From NCBI GenBank assembly GCA_965215195.1, contig CBDCDC010000002.1:4352001-4416000 (forward strand): 64,000 nucleotides of DNA. The letters run 5' to 3'. How positions within the stretch are numbered: the stretch's first letter is position 1; every line of letters starts with the position of its first letter. Positions 17,712 through 27,034 of the stretch are shown here, in pieces. The notes below the pieces were generated by a model that was not told the DNA's origin, searched no databases, and saw only the letters and a program-made list of their open reading frames with translations. Both the position numbers and the translations under genes were made by a program. The stretch comes from Candidatus Latescibacterota bacterium (GTDB lineage Bacteria > Latescibacterota > UBA2968 > UBA8231).

Positions 17712-19946
17712 ATGAATAAAAGATGCACCGCTCGACAGGCCGAGATCGTCCTGTTCTGCGTTTCCTTACTCGCTGGGCAGACCTTTGCCCAGAGCAAGGC
17801 TTTCGTACAGGGGCAGGTCGTCGACGAAACCGGACAGCCGGTCGCCTTTGCCAACGTACAAATCATCGACACTACCGACGGCTCAGTAACAGGCCGCGAC
17901 GGCCGTTTTGTCTTTTCTACCCGGCACCTTGGATCACGCGACCTGCACGCCACCTTCATCGGCTTTGAACCTGCCCGGCAGACCCTACACTTGATCGCGG
18001 GCGACACCACACTGGTGCGCTTGGTGCTGCGGCACTCCCTCATTGAACTCGGTGAAACCGTCGTCACAGTTAGCACCTACACCACCGGGGAGGATGAGAC
18101 CGTCACCCTCTCGCCTTTAGATGTATTGACGACGCCTGGGGCTTCGGCCGATATTTTTCTCGCGGTCAAAACCTTTCCCGGCGTTGCTACCGTACATGAC
18201 GGTGCCGGTCTTTTTGTCCGCGGGGGCGACGTGAGCGAGACCGTCGTTTTGCTCGATCAAGCTACGGTGGTGCATCCCTACAGATACGAATCGCCCACCG
18301 GCGGAGTATTCGGCACGATTCCCTCCTTTATGGTGCAGGGCACGGTTTTTTCCACAGGTGGATTCTCCGCCCGCTATGGCAATGCGCTTTCCGCGGTGCT
18401 GTCCATGGAGAGCCTAAACATGCCCGTGCAACGGAGCTATAGGCTCGGTTTGGGCCTCGCTGCCGGCTCTGTGGGCCTCGACCTGCCTCTTATTGACGAT
18501 AAGCTTGGCCTGCGCTTTACGGGCAATCGCAGCTTTACCGATCTCATGCTTCGCGTCAACGGTCACCGCAGCGAATTCACTACCACTCCACGCGGCCACG
18601 ACGGCAATCTCAACCTAGTGTACAAATACTCACCGACCGGACGCCTCAAACTCTTCAGCTTCAACGCGGGCGACCGAATCGGTGTGCGCGTGGTCGAGCC
18701 TTCGTTTGACGGCCAGTACCGAGACCGTACCGATAACTACTTGCACAATGTTCAGTGGACGGATGTATGGGCCGATTGGTTCATCCAGACCAGTGCCTCG
18801 CTCAACCGGCACACGGCCCGGCGGCAGTTGGGCAGCCTAGACCTGACCCCCCGCGACTGGACCGGCAAAATTCGCACGGACTGGGAACGCGCGCTCGGAG
18901 CTTTCGGGATCATGCGCCTCGGTACCGAACTGGAGCACGCTGACAACAGCTTCGTGGGCAGCATTCCTCAGGACGATGTTCTCGACCCCGAGGCAGAGAC
19001 ATTTGAACTCGACACTTCCTACAGTGCCCGGCGCACTGGTGCCTACTTTGAGGTTGATTTCAAGCCCGGGCGTCGCATCGTCGCCAATGTCGGTATGCGC
19101 GCCGACCACCACAGCTTGAGCGACGATTTTGTCCTAGACCCGCGCCTGTCTGCGCGATACCAGTTTTCCGCGAACACAAACGCTCGGCTCGCTTGGGGCA
19201 TCTATCACCAATTCCCCGCCCCATTTGAATACAACCCCACCAGCGGCAACCCCAATCTAGGGCCCCAACGCGCCCAACACTGGGTAGGCGGCTTGCACCA
19301 CGAACGCGGACAATTCCTAGTACGGCTGGAGGCTTACTACAAACCCTACCGCAATCTCGTCCTGGATCACCCCGACCTAAACCTTGCAAACGCGGGTAAA
19401 GGCCGGGCTTCTGGTGTTGACCTCTTTTGCAAGTACGGCGCTTTTCTCAATACGCGCTTGAGCGGGTGGATAGCCTACAGTCTGCTGCGATCGCGCCGAT
19501 TGCAGGTGCGCCACCTAGGGTTTGAGATGCTCCGCGAAGAAGCTCCTTCTCCGTTTGATATTACGCACAACCTGACCTTGGTCACAAAGGGGCAGATCGT
19601 CTACGCCCTCAGCGGCGGCCTGACTCTGAGATACGCCACCGGACGCCCCATCACCCCAATCGTCGATGCCGTTTCCGTAGCAGATAAAAGCTACTACCTG
19701 CCCGTAGAAGGACCTGTCGGCTCAGAACGGCTGCCGTCCTTTCAACAGATAGATGGGCAATTGAGCTACGTGCATTTCTTTGGCAGCGGTCACCAAGCGG
19801 TCTTCTACTTGGCGGTCAACAACCTGCTCAACCGCGCCAATGTGCTCGACTATGATTACAGCATCGACTATGCTCAGCGCCAGCCACGCACCGCCATCTT
19901 TCGCCGCTCCATTTACTTTGGCACCACCGTCTCTCTGAACTATTGA
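17712..19946 (+). CDS. TonB-dependent receptor
   Basis: Signal peptide, carboxypeptidase-regulatory-like domain (GQVVDETGQPVAFANV), plug (FPGV...VRGG...GGFSARYGNALS), and a barrel ending NNLLN...SLNY. Confidence 0.9.
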   Translation: MNKRCTARQAEIVLFCVSLLAGQTFAQSKAFVQGQVVDETGQPVAFANVQIIDTTDGSVTGRDGRFVFSTRHLGSRDLHATFIGFEPARQTLHLIAGDTTLVRLVLRHSLIELGETVVTVSTYTTGEDETVTLSPLDVLTTPGASADIFLAVKTFPGVATVHDGAGLFVRGGDVSETVVLLDQATVVHPYRYESPTGGVFGTIPSFMVQGTVFSTGGFSARYGNALSAVLSMESLNMPVQRSYRLGLGLAAGSVGLDLPLIDDKLGLRFTGNRSFTDLMLRVNGHRSEFTTTPRGHDGNLNLVYKYSPTGRLKLFSFNAGDRIGVRVVEPSFDGQYRDRTDNYLHNVQWTDVWADWFIQTSASLNRHTARRQLGSLDLTPRDWTGKIRTDWERALGAFGIMRLGTELEHADNSFVGSIPQDDVLDPEAETFELDTSYSARRTGAYFEVDFKPGRRIVANVGMRADHHSLSDDFVLDPRLSARYQFSANTNARLAWGIYHQFPAPFEYNPTSGNPNLGPQRAQHWVGGLHHERGQFLVRLEAYYKPYRNLVLDHPDLNLANAGKGRASGVDLFCKYGAFLNTRLSGWIAYSLLRSRRLQVRHLGFEMLREEAPSPFDITHNLTLVTKGQIVYALSGGLTLRYATGRPITPIVDAVSVADKSYYLPVEGPVGSERLPSFQQIDGQLSYVHFFGSGHQAVFYLAVNNLLNRANVLDYDYSIDYAQRQPRTAIFRRSIYFGTTVSLNY

Positions 19947-19967
19947 CCTTAACCAAAGAGGCCACTT

Positions 19968-20753
19968 ATGCGACGCGTTCTGCTCTCACTAATTTTCATT
20001 TTCTCGCCCGCTTACTCCGCCTTCGCCCAATCGGTTGACAGTCTTCTCGTCAGTGGAAAACAGATGCTGGAAGCCGGTGAAAACGAGCGTTCCCTCGATG
20101 CGATGTATGCGGCGCGGGCGATGTTCGAGCGCACCTTAGCCGATACCAGCTTGGCCGCGTGGGGACACTACTACATCGCCTTGGCCGATTACCGCATCGT
20201 CGACCTCCTATTAGCCGCAGGCAAAAAAAACAAAGACGCGGCTTCTGAGCATCTCAAAGCCGCTGTCGAGCATTTGCAAGAGGCCACCCGGCTCGATCCT
20301 CAAGCCGCCGAAGCTTATGCTCTGCTGTCGAGCGTGTACGGACGACAGATCGGCCTCAACCCGGTCAAGAGCATGGTCTTGGGCTCCAGAGTAGGGAAGG
20401 CCATCAAAAAAGCTATGCAGCTCGCCCCCGACAATCCGCGTGTGGTGCTGAGCGCGGCCATCAGTGATTTCAATACCCCCAAAATGTTCGGTGGAAGCAA
20501 AGAAGAGGGCCTGCAAGGATTCCAGCGTGCGGCCGAACTATTCGCCCAAGAAGAGCCGACCGATCCCATCCACCCCGCATGGGGACACAGCCGCACGTAC
20601 GCTTGGCTCGGCATCGCTTACCAGGACCGCGGCGAACTGGAGCAGGCGCGAGCGGCCTTTGCAAAGGCGCTTGAAATCGATCCAGATTTTGGTTGGGTCA
20701 AGTACGTGCTGCTGCCCGAATTGGAGAAAGCCAATTCACCGGATGCGCCGTGA
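19968..20753 (+). CDS. Exported TPR protein
   Basis: Signal peptide (AFA-Q) and TPR-like repeats (AEAYALL, AYQDRGELEQARAAFAKALEIDP). Confidence 0.82.
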   Translation: MRRVLLSLIFIFSPAYSAFAQSVDSLLVSGKQMLEAGENERSLDAMYAARAMFERTLADTSLAAWGHYYIALADYRIVDLLLAAGKKNKDAASEHLKAAVEHLQEATRLDPQAAEAYALLSSVYGRQIGLNPVKSMVLGSRVGKAIKKAMQLAPDNPRVVLSAAISDFNTPKMFGGSKEEGLQGFQRAAELFAQEEPTDPIHPAWGHSRTYAWLGIAYQDRGELEQARAAFAKALEIDPDFGWVKYVLLPELEKANSPDAP

Positions 20754-20917
20754 GCAAGCGACCGCCAGATTGCTGGGCTGAGAAGCTGTCGAGTTAAACG
20801 CGAATATCGGGAAAACCAAGCGATTCTACGGGGTTTCAGCACCCTGCAAAAATGAAAACCAACCCTTTTCGTGGATTATGCCGAATAACTCAACAACTCC
20901 TGAGTTGCAAGGAGTGC

Positions 20918-22117
20918 CTAACTGGCTTTGGTGGCGGGTCTGCCGCCTCGGGAGCGCCTCCGGCCGCGCCCGCGTCCTCGGCCGCCTCGTTTGGCGCGGA
21001 TGTCGTCCAAGTTGGGCGCAGTGCCTTCCCACTGTGCGTGGATGCGGTTGGCGTTGAGCAGGCGCTTGAGGTCGCGGAGGTCGCGGTCGCCGACCAAGGT
21101 CAGGGCCTTGCCCGCCCGGCCCATGCGCCCGGCCCGACCCGTGCGGTGGGTGTAGATTTCGGCGTTAAAGGGAAAGTCGTAGTTGATGACGTGGGTGACG
21201 TGCGAAAAATCGAGGCCGCGCCCGGCCACGTCCGTGGCGACCATAAAGCGGATCTTCCGCTGGCGGAAGCGGCGGAAGATGGAGGTGCGCCGCTCTTGGT
21301 CCAGCCCGCCGTGGATGATGTCAACCGAGGGGACGCGCCTTTGTAAGCTGCGGAACAAGTCGGATGCTTTGTAGCGCGAGTTGCAGAAGATGATGCCTTG
21401 CTGGATCTCGTGGTCCTCGATGTAATTGACGAGCGCGTCACAACGGTGGCGGGAGACGTGGAGGAAGTGATGGGCGAGCGATTGGGGTGCCCGCTGGTGG
21501 CGGTTGAGATGGACGCGCTCGGGCGACGTGAGGTATTGTTGGGTCAGCCGCTCTATCTCCGAGGGCATGGTAGCGGAAAAAAGCAGGGTTTGGTATTCCT
21601 GCATGATGCAGGACATGATAAAGTCCACGTCTTCGATAAATCCCATCTTGAGCATCTCGTCAGCCTCGTCGAGGACCACGGTTTTGACTTGGGTCAGGTC
21701 GAGGCTGTGATTCCATATAAAGTCGATGAGGCGACCGGGCGTGGCCACGAGCACGTGAACGCCGTGGTTGATCTTGGCCTTTTGGATGTCCATGTCAAAG
21801 CCGCCGTAGATGGCAAACGGCACCACGTCTGAGTACTGGGCGATTTCGTCCACCTCTTGGACGTATTGGAGTGCCAACTCGCGGGTGGGGACCAAGATGA
21901 GGGACTGGATGGCGTTGAGCGATTCGTCTGTGGCTTGGATTAGGGGAATGGCGCAGGCCCCGGTCTTGCCAGAGCCGGTTTCGGCTAGGCCCATGACGTC
22001 TTTGCCGGCGATAATGTGGGGAATGGTTTGTTCTTGGATGGGCGTCATGTCCTCGTAGCCCATCTCGTTGAGTGCTTTGAGGATGTAGGGTGCTAGGTCG
22101 AGCTCGGTAAACTGCAT
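20918..22117 (-). CDS. DEAD-box RNA helicase
   Basis: Q motif, AETGSGKT, PTRELA, TPGRL, DEAD, SAT and HRTGRAGR motifs; RG-rich tail. Confidence 0.95.
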   Translation of the reverse strand: MQFTELDLAPYILKALNEMGYEDMTPIQEQTIPHIIAGKDVMGLAETGSGKTGACAIPLIQATDESLNAIQSLILVPTRELALQYVQEVDEIAQYSDVVPFAIYGGFDMDIQKAKINHGVHVLVATPGRLIDFIWNHSLDLTQVKTVVLDEADEMLKMGFIEDVDFIMSCIMQEYQTLLFSATMPSEIERLTQQYLTSPERVHLNRHQRAPQSLAHHFLHVSRHRCDALVNYIEDHEIQQGIIFCNSRYKASDLFRSLQRRVPSVDIIHGGLDQERRTSIFRRFRQRKIRFMVATDVAGRGLDFSHVTHVINYDFPFNAEIYTHRTGRAGRMGRAGKALTLVGDRDLRDLKRLLNANRIHAQWEGTAPNLDDIRAKRGGRGRGRGRRRSRGGRPATKAS

Positions 22118-22282
22118 AAATCCTGTCTATTGGGTTACAGATGTGTGCCGCGGAATGTCAGCGAATGTGCGTTACTTGTTATAAGTTATAAACTTAGGCA
22201 AAAAAGCCAAATGTGCAATAGGCCGCGCTGCGCGGGAGCGGCGGGGGCTTACTTTGTAACCCAATAGACGAGGAGACAAAAG

Positions 22283-23758
22283 ATGACAGATGTGCGGGTG
22301 CGCATCGCACCTTCGCCGACCGGCCCCATGCACGTGGGGACCGCGTACCAAGCGCTATTCGACTGGGTGTGGGCGCGGCAAAACGAAGGGCAGTTTGTGC
22401 TGCGCATTGAGGACACGGACCAAGCCCGGTCGCACGAGAAGTACGAAGATCAGCTCGTGCAGTCGCTGCGGTGGCTGGGATTGGCGTGGGACGAAGGCCC
22501 GGATGTGGGCGGCCCCTACGGCCCATATCGGCAGAGCGAGCGCTTGCCCATCTACGCGGAGTACGCCGCGAAGTTGGTAGCCAGCGGGCATGCTTATCCC
22601 TGCTTTTGCACGAGCGAGCGGCTGGCCGCGCTGCGGGCGGAGCAGCAGGAGCGCAGGGAGCGTATTGGCTACGATGGACACTGCCGGGGGCTGGCTGCCA
22701 GCGAGGTCGAAGCCAAGATGCGGGCGGGATGTGCGCACGTAATTCGGCTGGAGATGCCGAAGGAGGGAGCATGTGTAGTCGAGGACATGCTCCGGGGGCC
22801 AATTTCCCTGCAGTGGGGGCATATAGACGACCAAGTGCTGATGAAGTCCGATGGCTTTCCGACCTACCACTTGGCCGTGGTCGTAGATGATCACTTGATG
22901 CGGATCAGCCACGTGATTCGGGGGGAGGAATGGATCACCTCCACGCCCAAGCACCTCATGCTCTACGAGGCTTTTGGCTGGGCACCGCCGACGTACATGC
23001 ACCTGCCATTGCTGCTCAATCCCGATGGCTCCAAGATGTCGAAGCGGCGGAATCCGACCTCGGTGGAGTACTATCGCCGCGCCGGCTATGTGCCGCAGGC
23101 CCTGCTCAACTACTTGGCACTCATGGCCCATCCGCCGGTTGGGGAAGAAAAGTTCACCTTGGAGCAATTAACGGAGCATTTCGACCCGGCGAAGCTCAAC
23201 TTGGGCGGCTCCATCTTTGACATAGACAAGCTGAGTTGGCTCAATGGACGCTATTTGCGCGAGGAGCGGACGCCGGAGGCCCTGTTGGCCGAGCTAAAGG
23301 GTTGGCTGCTCAACGACGAGTACTTGGGGCAGATGCTGCCGTTTATGCAGCAGCGGCTAGAGACGCTGGGAGATTTTGTGCCGCGCGTGGCGTTCTTCTT
23401 CGCCCGGCAGGTGGTGCCCAAGGCCGAGGATTTGGTCCCGAAAAAGCGGCAGGCCGCCGAGGTGGCGCGGATGTTGCAAACAGCCGTGTGGGCCCTGGAC
23501 GAGGTGGTGGAGTGGGACAAAGATGGCGTGGCCGAGGCCGTGCGCCGGGTGGCCGCGCATTGGGAGTGGCCGGTCCGCGACGTGACCGTACCGCTCATCG
23601 CCGCGCTGACTGGCGAGCGGGTGGGGCCGCCGCTGTTTGAATCCGCCGCGCTCTTGGGGCCAGAATTGACCCGGATGCGGCTCTTGGACGCGATGAAGGT
23701 GTTGGGTGGGCTGTCTAAGAAACAGGCGAGTCGGCTGGAGAAGAATTGGAGGCGGTAA
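22283..23758 (+). CDS. gltX: Glutamate--tRNA ligase
   Basis: RIAPSPTGPMHVGT (HIGH), LRIEDTD, RGEEW, KMSKR and the anticodon-binding domain. Confidence 0.95.
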   Translation: MTDVRVRIAPSPTGPMHVGTAYQALFDWVWARQNEGQFVLRIEDTDQARSHEKYEDQLVQSLRWLGLAWDEGPDVGGPYGPYRQSERLPIYAEYAAKLVASGHAYPCFCTSERLAALRAEQQERRERIGYDGHCRGLAASEVEAKMRAGCAHVIRLEMPKEGACVVEDMLRGPISLQWGHIDDQVLMKSDGFPTYHLAVVVDDHLMRISHVIRGEEWITSTPKHLMLYEAFGWAPPTYMHLPLLLNPDGSKMSKRRNPTSVEYYRRAGYVPQALLNYLALMAHPPVGEEKFTLEQLTEHFDPAKLNLGGSIFDIDKLSWLNGRYLREERTPEALLAELKGWLLNDEYLGQMLPFMQQRLETLGDFVPRVAFFFARQVVPKAEDLVPKKRQAAEVARMLQTAVWALDEVVEWDKDGVAEAVRRVAAHWEWPVRDVTVPLIAALTGERVGPPLFESAALLGPELTRMRLLDAMKVLGGLSKKQASRLEKNWRR

Positions 23759-23801
23759 CGTCCTCAGCGCAACGAGAGCCCCGCCCAGCATAGACCGCAT
23801 G

Positions 23802-25334
23802 TTACGGCTCACCGCGCAACCTTTTGAAGTGCGCCAGTGCCTGCGCGGTGCGCAGGGAGTCGCCGAGGGCCCGGTAGGCCAAGGCCAAGCCGTAATGGGC
23901 GCGGGCATAGCTCGAGTCGGCCGCTAGGACCGTGCGAAAGTGGCCCACTGCCTCCTCGGCCGCCCCGGCGCGCAACGCCACCCCGCCGAGGCCGTGGTAG
24001 GCGTCTGCGTACCCTGCCCGGTGCTCGAGTGCCGCAGTGAATGCCTTGCGGGCTTGCGCCAGTTCCCCCTTGGCAAAATGGGCGTTGCCGAGGTTGTACC
24101 AAGCAAGGGCGTACCCTTCGTCCAGTGCCAGTGCCTGGCGAAAGGCGGCGATGGCCTCGTCCAAGCGGTTGAGACGAGCGTAGGCATTGCCCAGATTGTG
24201 CCAAGCCGGCGCATGGGTGGGGTTGATCGTCAGGGTGCGCTGGAAGGCCGCGGCCGCTTCGCTTGCTACGCCCAATCTCGCATAGATCCGGCCCAATTCA
24301 AAGAGCGCCATAGCATCGTGCGGATTGCCGTCCAGTACTGTTTTCCAGCGGAGAATGTCCCCAGCGTACGCGTCCATGCGCTTGAAGGCGCGTAGAGCCG
24401 CGGCGCTTTCCTCGGCCTTACCTTGTTTCTGGTAGGTCTGGGATAGGTTGTAATAGGCTTGCGGGGAGAGCATATCCAAGTGAATGGCGCGGCGCAGAGC
24501 TTGGGCCGCCGGCTCGTATTGCCCCAGCTTGGTGCGGGCTACCCCGAGCCAGTTAAATGCCGCTGCGGCCGTCGAATCCGCGGCAATGGCCGCCTCAAAG
24601 CTGGCCGCGGCCTCCTCGTACCGCCCCAGGCGGAGGTGTGCCCGCCCCAAGCCGATCCGGGGGGCGACCGCCGTCGGTTGCAAATTTACGGCCTGCACGA
24701 GGAGTGCGGCCGCCTTTTTGCACTGCCCCAGCTTGAGACAGTACACATCCCCCAACGCAGTGTGCGCCAAGATGTATTTAGAGTCGCTGGCAATGGCCTG
24801 TTCCATGGCCGCGGCCGCCTCTTGGTACGCGCCTTCTTGGGCGAAGGCCGCGCCGATATTGTAGTGCGAGGGGGCATGATCCGGCTCGCTTAAAAGTGCC
24901 TGCTGGTAGGCTTGGCGGGCTTTTGCAAAGTGCCGCTGCCGCAGATAGACGGCCCCCAGCCCCCGGTGCGCGTCCGCACAATCGGCACATCCCTGCGCGG
25001 CCTCTTGGTATGTTTCTGCGGCTCGATCCAATTGGCCTCTCTTAAACAGGATGTTGCCGATCGCCACCTGCGCTCCGGTGTGGGTGGAGTCCAGCGCCCG
25101 GGCTTGGCCAAAGGACTGGAGAGCCTCGGAGTAGCGCATCTGTTCGTGGTACACTTGGCCGAGCGCGTAATGGGTCTCGGCGTCCGTTGGGTCTTCGGCG
25201 ATCTGGCGCTGATAGCGGACCGCCCGCTCGCCTAGGCTTTCCTCGGCGGGGGCACACCCAGCGAGCAGGGCTAGCAGGCAGGCAATGGCCCAGCGGCACA
25301 CTCGAGTCCTTTTCCACTGGTTGCTCATGTTCAA
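23802..25334 (-). CDS. TPR-repeat lipoprotein
   Basis: LLAGC lipobox followed by about a dozen TPR-like repeats. Confidence 0.85.
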   Translation of the reverse strand: MNMSNQWKRTRVCRWAIACLLALLAGCAPAEESLGERAVRYQRQIAEDPTDAETHYALGQVYHEQMRYSEALQSFGQARALDSTHTGAQVAIGNILFKRGQLDRAAETYQEAAQGCADCADAHRGLGAVYLRQRHFAKARQAYQQALLSEPDHAPSHYNIGAAFAQEGAYQEAAAAMEQAIASDSKYILAHTALGDVYCLKLGQCKKAAALLVQAVNLQPTAVAPRIGLGRAHLRLGRYEEAAASFEAAIAADSTAAAAFNWLGVARTKLGQYEPAAQALRRAIHLDMLSPQAYYNLSQTYQKQGKAEESAAALRAFKRMDAYAGDILRWKTVLDGNPHDAMALFELGRIYARLGVASEAAAAFQRTLTINPTHAPAWHNLGNAYARLNRLDEAIAAFRQALALDEGYALAWYNLGNAHFAKGELAQARKAFTAALEHRAGYADAYHGLGGVALRAGAAEEAVGHFRTVLAADSSYARAHYGLALAYRALGDSLRTAQALAHFKRLRGEP

Positions 25335-26974
25335 CCGGAGGAGGGCGGTTCTTCCACTTGGTGAATCTGGTCGATGGGCACTTCTGCGAGCGTCTGCACG
25401 ATCCCGCTGGGCCAGCGGATCTGGACGCGATCCACCCGTTCCCGCTGGCCCAAGCCGAAGTACACCCGCAGATCGTTTTGCGAGAGATAGCTGCTGCCGC
25501 TGCGCACCTCTTCGACTTGCACCAAATCGCCGCTTACCACCCGGATCACCGCCCCGATCCCGTCTCGGTTGCTGACCCGGCCTACGGTCTTAAATGCGAT
25601 CCAGTGGTTGCGCTGGTCGCGGTCGTTGCGCAGCAAAAACGCCCGCTGGTTGTTGTTGGAGACAAAGGCGTCTAGGTCGCCATCGTTGTCGTAGTCGGCA
25701 AAGGCCGCGCCCCGGCCGACTCCGCGCAGGGCCGTAGCCTGCACCAGCGCAAACCGCCCGGCCCCGTCGTTGGCAAAGAGTTGGTCCGGCTGGGGATAGG
25801 ACGCGGCTTGGTCAAACGCCTGCACTTGTGGATGAACGTGACCATTGGCCAGATAGAGGTCTAGGTCGCCGTCGTTGTCGTAGTCGAAAAAATCCGTGCC
25901 AAAAGTCAAGGTCAAAAGCGTAGGCTCGCCCAGCCCCGACGGAAAGCTCAGGTCGGCAAATGCGCCATCGCCTTCGTTGCGATAGAGGCGGCAGCTTTCC
26001 CACTGGAAGTTGCAGACCACGAGATCCAAGTCGCCGTCCCGGTCGCAATCGCCAAAGTCCGTGCCCATGCCGGCCTCGGGGCGAGCGCTCTCGCTGAGCG
26101 CCACCCCGGCGCTCAATCCCACTTCGGCGAACCGCGCTGCGCCGTCGTTGCGGAAGAGGAAATTGGCCTTCATGTCGTTGGCCACATACAGATCCGCGTC
26201 GCCATCGCCGTCGTAGTCGCCAAAGACGACGCCCAACTGGCGGCCGGCTTCGCTGTACACGCCAGCCGCCCGGGTAATATCGGCGAACTTCCCGCTCCGA
26301 TCGTTGCGGAAAAGGACGCCGGATTCTCCTTTGTACTGGGTGGGGGCGCAATAGACCGGGATCGACCCTTGGCGACACCCTTCGTCGTGCGCTAGGTCAA
26401 CCGAGACATTGTTGGCCACATAGAGGTCCAAATCGCCGTCGTTGTCGATGTCGGCAAAGGCCGCGCTGGTGCTCAGGCGGGGGTCGCCGACCCCGGCGTC
26501 GGCGGTCTGATCGGCAAAGGTGCCATCGCCCTGATTGCGATACAGGACGTTGGGGCCGAAGTTGGTCACGTACAGATCCACGTGTCCGTCGTTGTCGATG
26601 TCCCCGACGCAGGTCCCCATGCCATAGCCCGGATGGCCCGTCCGCGTTTGCGCTGTCACATCGGCAAAGGTGCCGTCGCCCCGGTTGCGATAGAGTGCGT
26701 TGGTGGGGACGCCCTCGGCGACAAAACCCGGCAGGGGCGCGCTGTTGACCGCATAGAGGTCTGGATCGCCGTCGCTGTCGTAGTCGAGGAAGGCCGCGCC
26801 CGATCCATAGGTTTCCACGTAGTAGTAGCGCCCGCTCGCCCCATTCTGATGGTGGAATTCAATGCCCACCTCCTGCGCCACCTCTACAAACGCCGGTCTG
26901 GCCTCCGGGTTTTCTGGTCCGCATCCCGCGCTGCCCACGACGAGCAGTGCCCACAAAGACAAAACCGCGGCCAC
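25331..26974 (-). CDS. CRTAC1-like FG-GAP/VCBS repeat protein with an ASPIC-UnbV domain
   Basis: Repeated DYDNDGDLDLYV motifs. C-terminal SNRDGIGA...SYLSQND...FGLG...IRWPSG. Confidence 0.9.
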   Translation of the reverse strand: MAAVLSLWALLVVGSAGCGPENPEARPAFVEVAQEVGIEFHHQNGASGRYYYVETYGSGAAFLDYDSDGDPDLYAVNSAPLPGFVAEGVPTNALYRNRGDGTFADVTAQTRTGHPGYGMGTCVGDIDNDGHVDLYVTNFGPNVLYRNQGDGTFADQTADAGVGDPRLSTSAAFADIDNDGDLDLYVANNVSVDLAHDEGCRQGSIPVYCAPTQYKGESGVLFRNDRSGKFADITRAAGVYSEAGRQLGVVFGDYDGDGDADLYVANDMKANFLFRNDGAARFAEVGLSAGVALSESARPEAGMGTDFGDCDRDGDLDLVVCNFQWESCRLYRNEGDGAFADLSFPSGLGEPTLLTLTFGTDFFDYDNDGDLDLYLANGHVHPQVQAFDQAASYPQPDQLFANDGAGRFALVQATALRGVGRGAAFADYDNDGDLDAFVSNNNQRAFLLRNDRDQRNHWIAFKTVGRVSNRDGIGAVIRVVSGDLVQVEEVRSGSSYLSQNDLRVYFGLGQRERVDRVQIRWPSGIVQTLAEVPIDQIHQVEEPPSSG

Positions 26975-27034
26975 GGACTAATAGACGGAGGAGTTGAGGT
27001 GAGCGTGGGGTGCCCCTACGAGTGATGGCATGGG

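Noticed and set aside
25331-26974. Recurring gtcgttgtc/gacaacgacggcga nucleotide repeats (also 61300-62450)
   Set aside because: They simply encode the FG-GAP DxDNDGD protein repeats.
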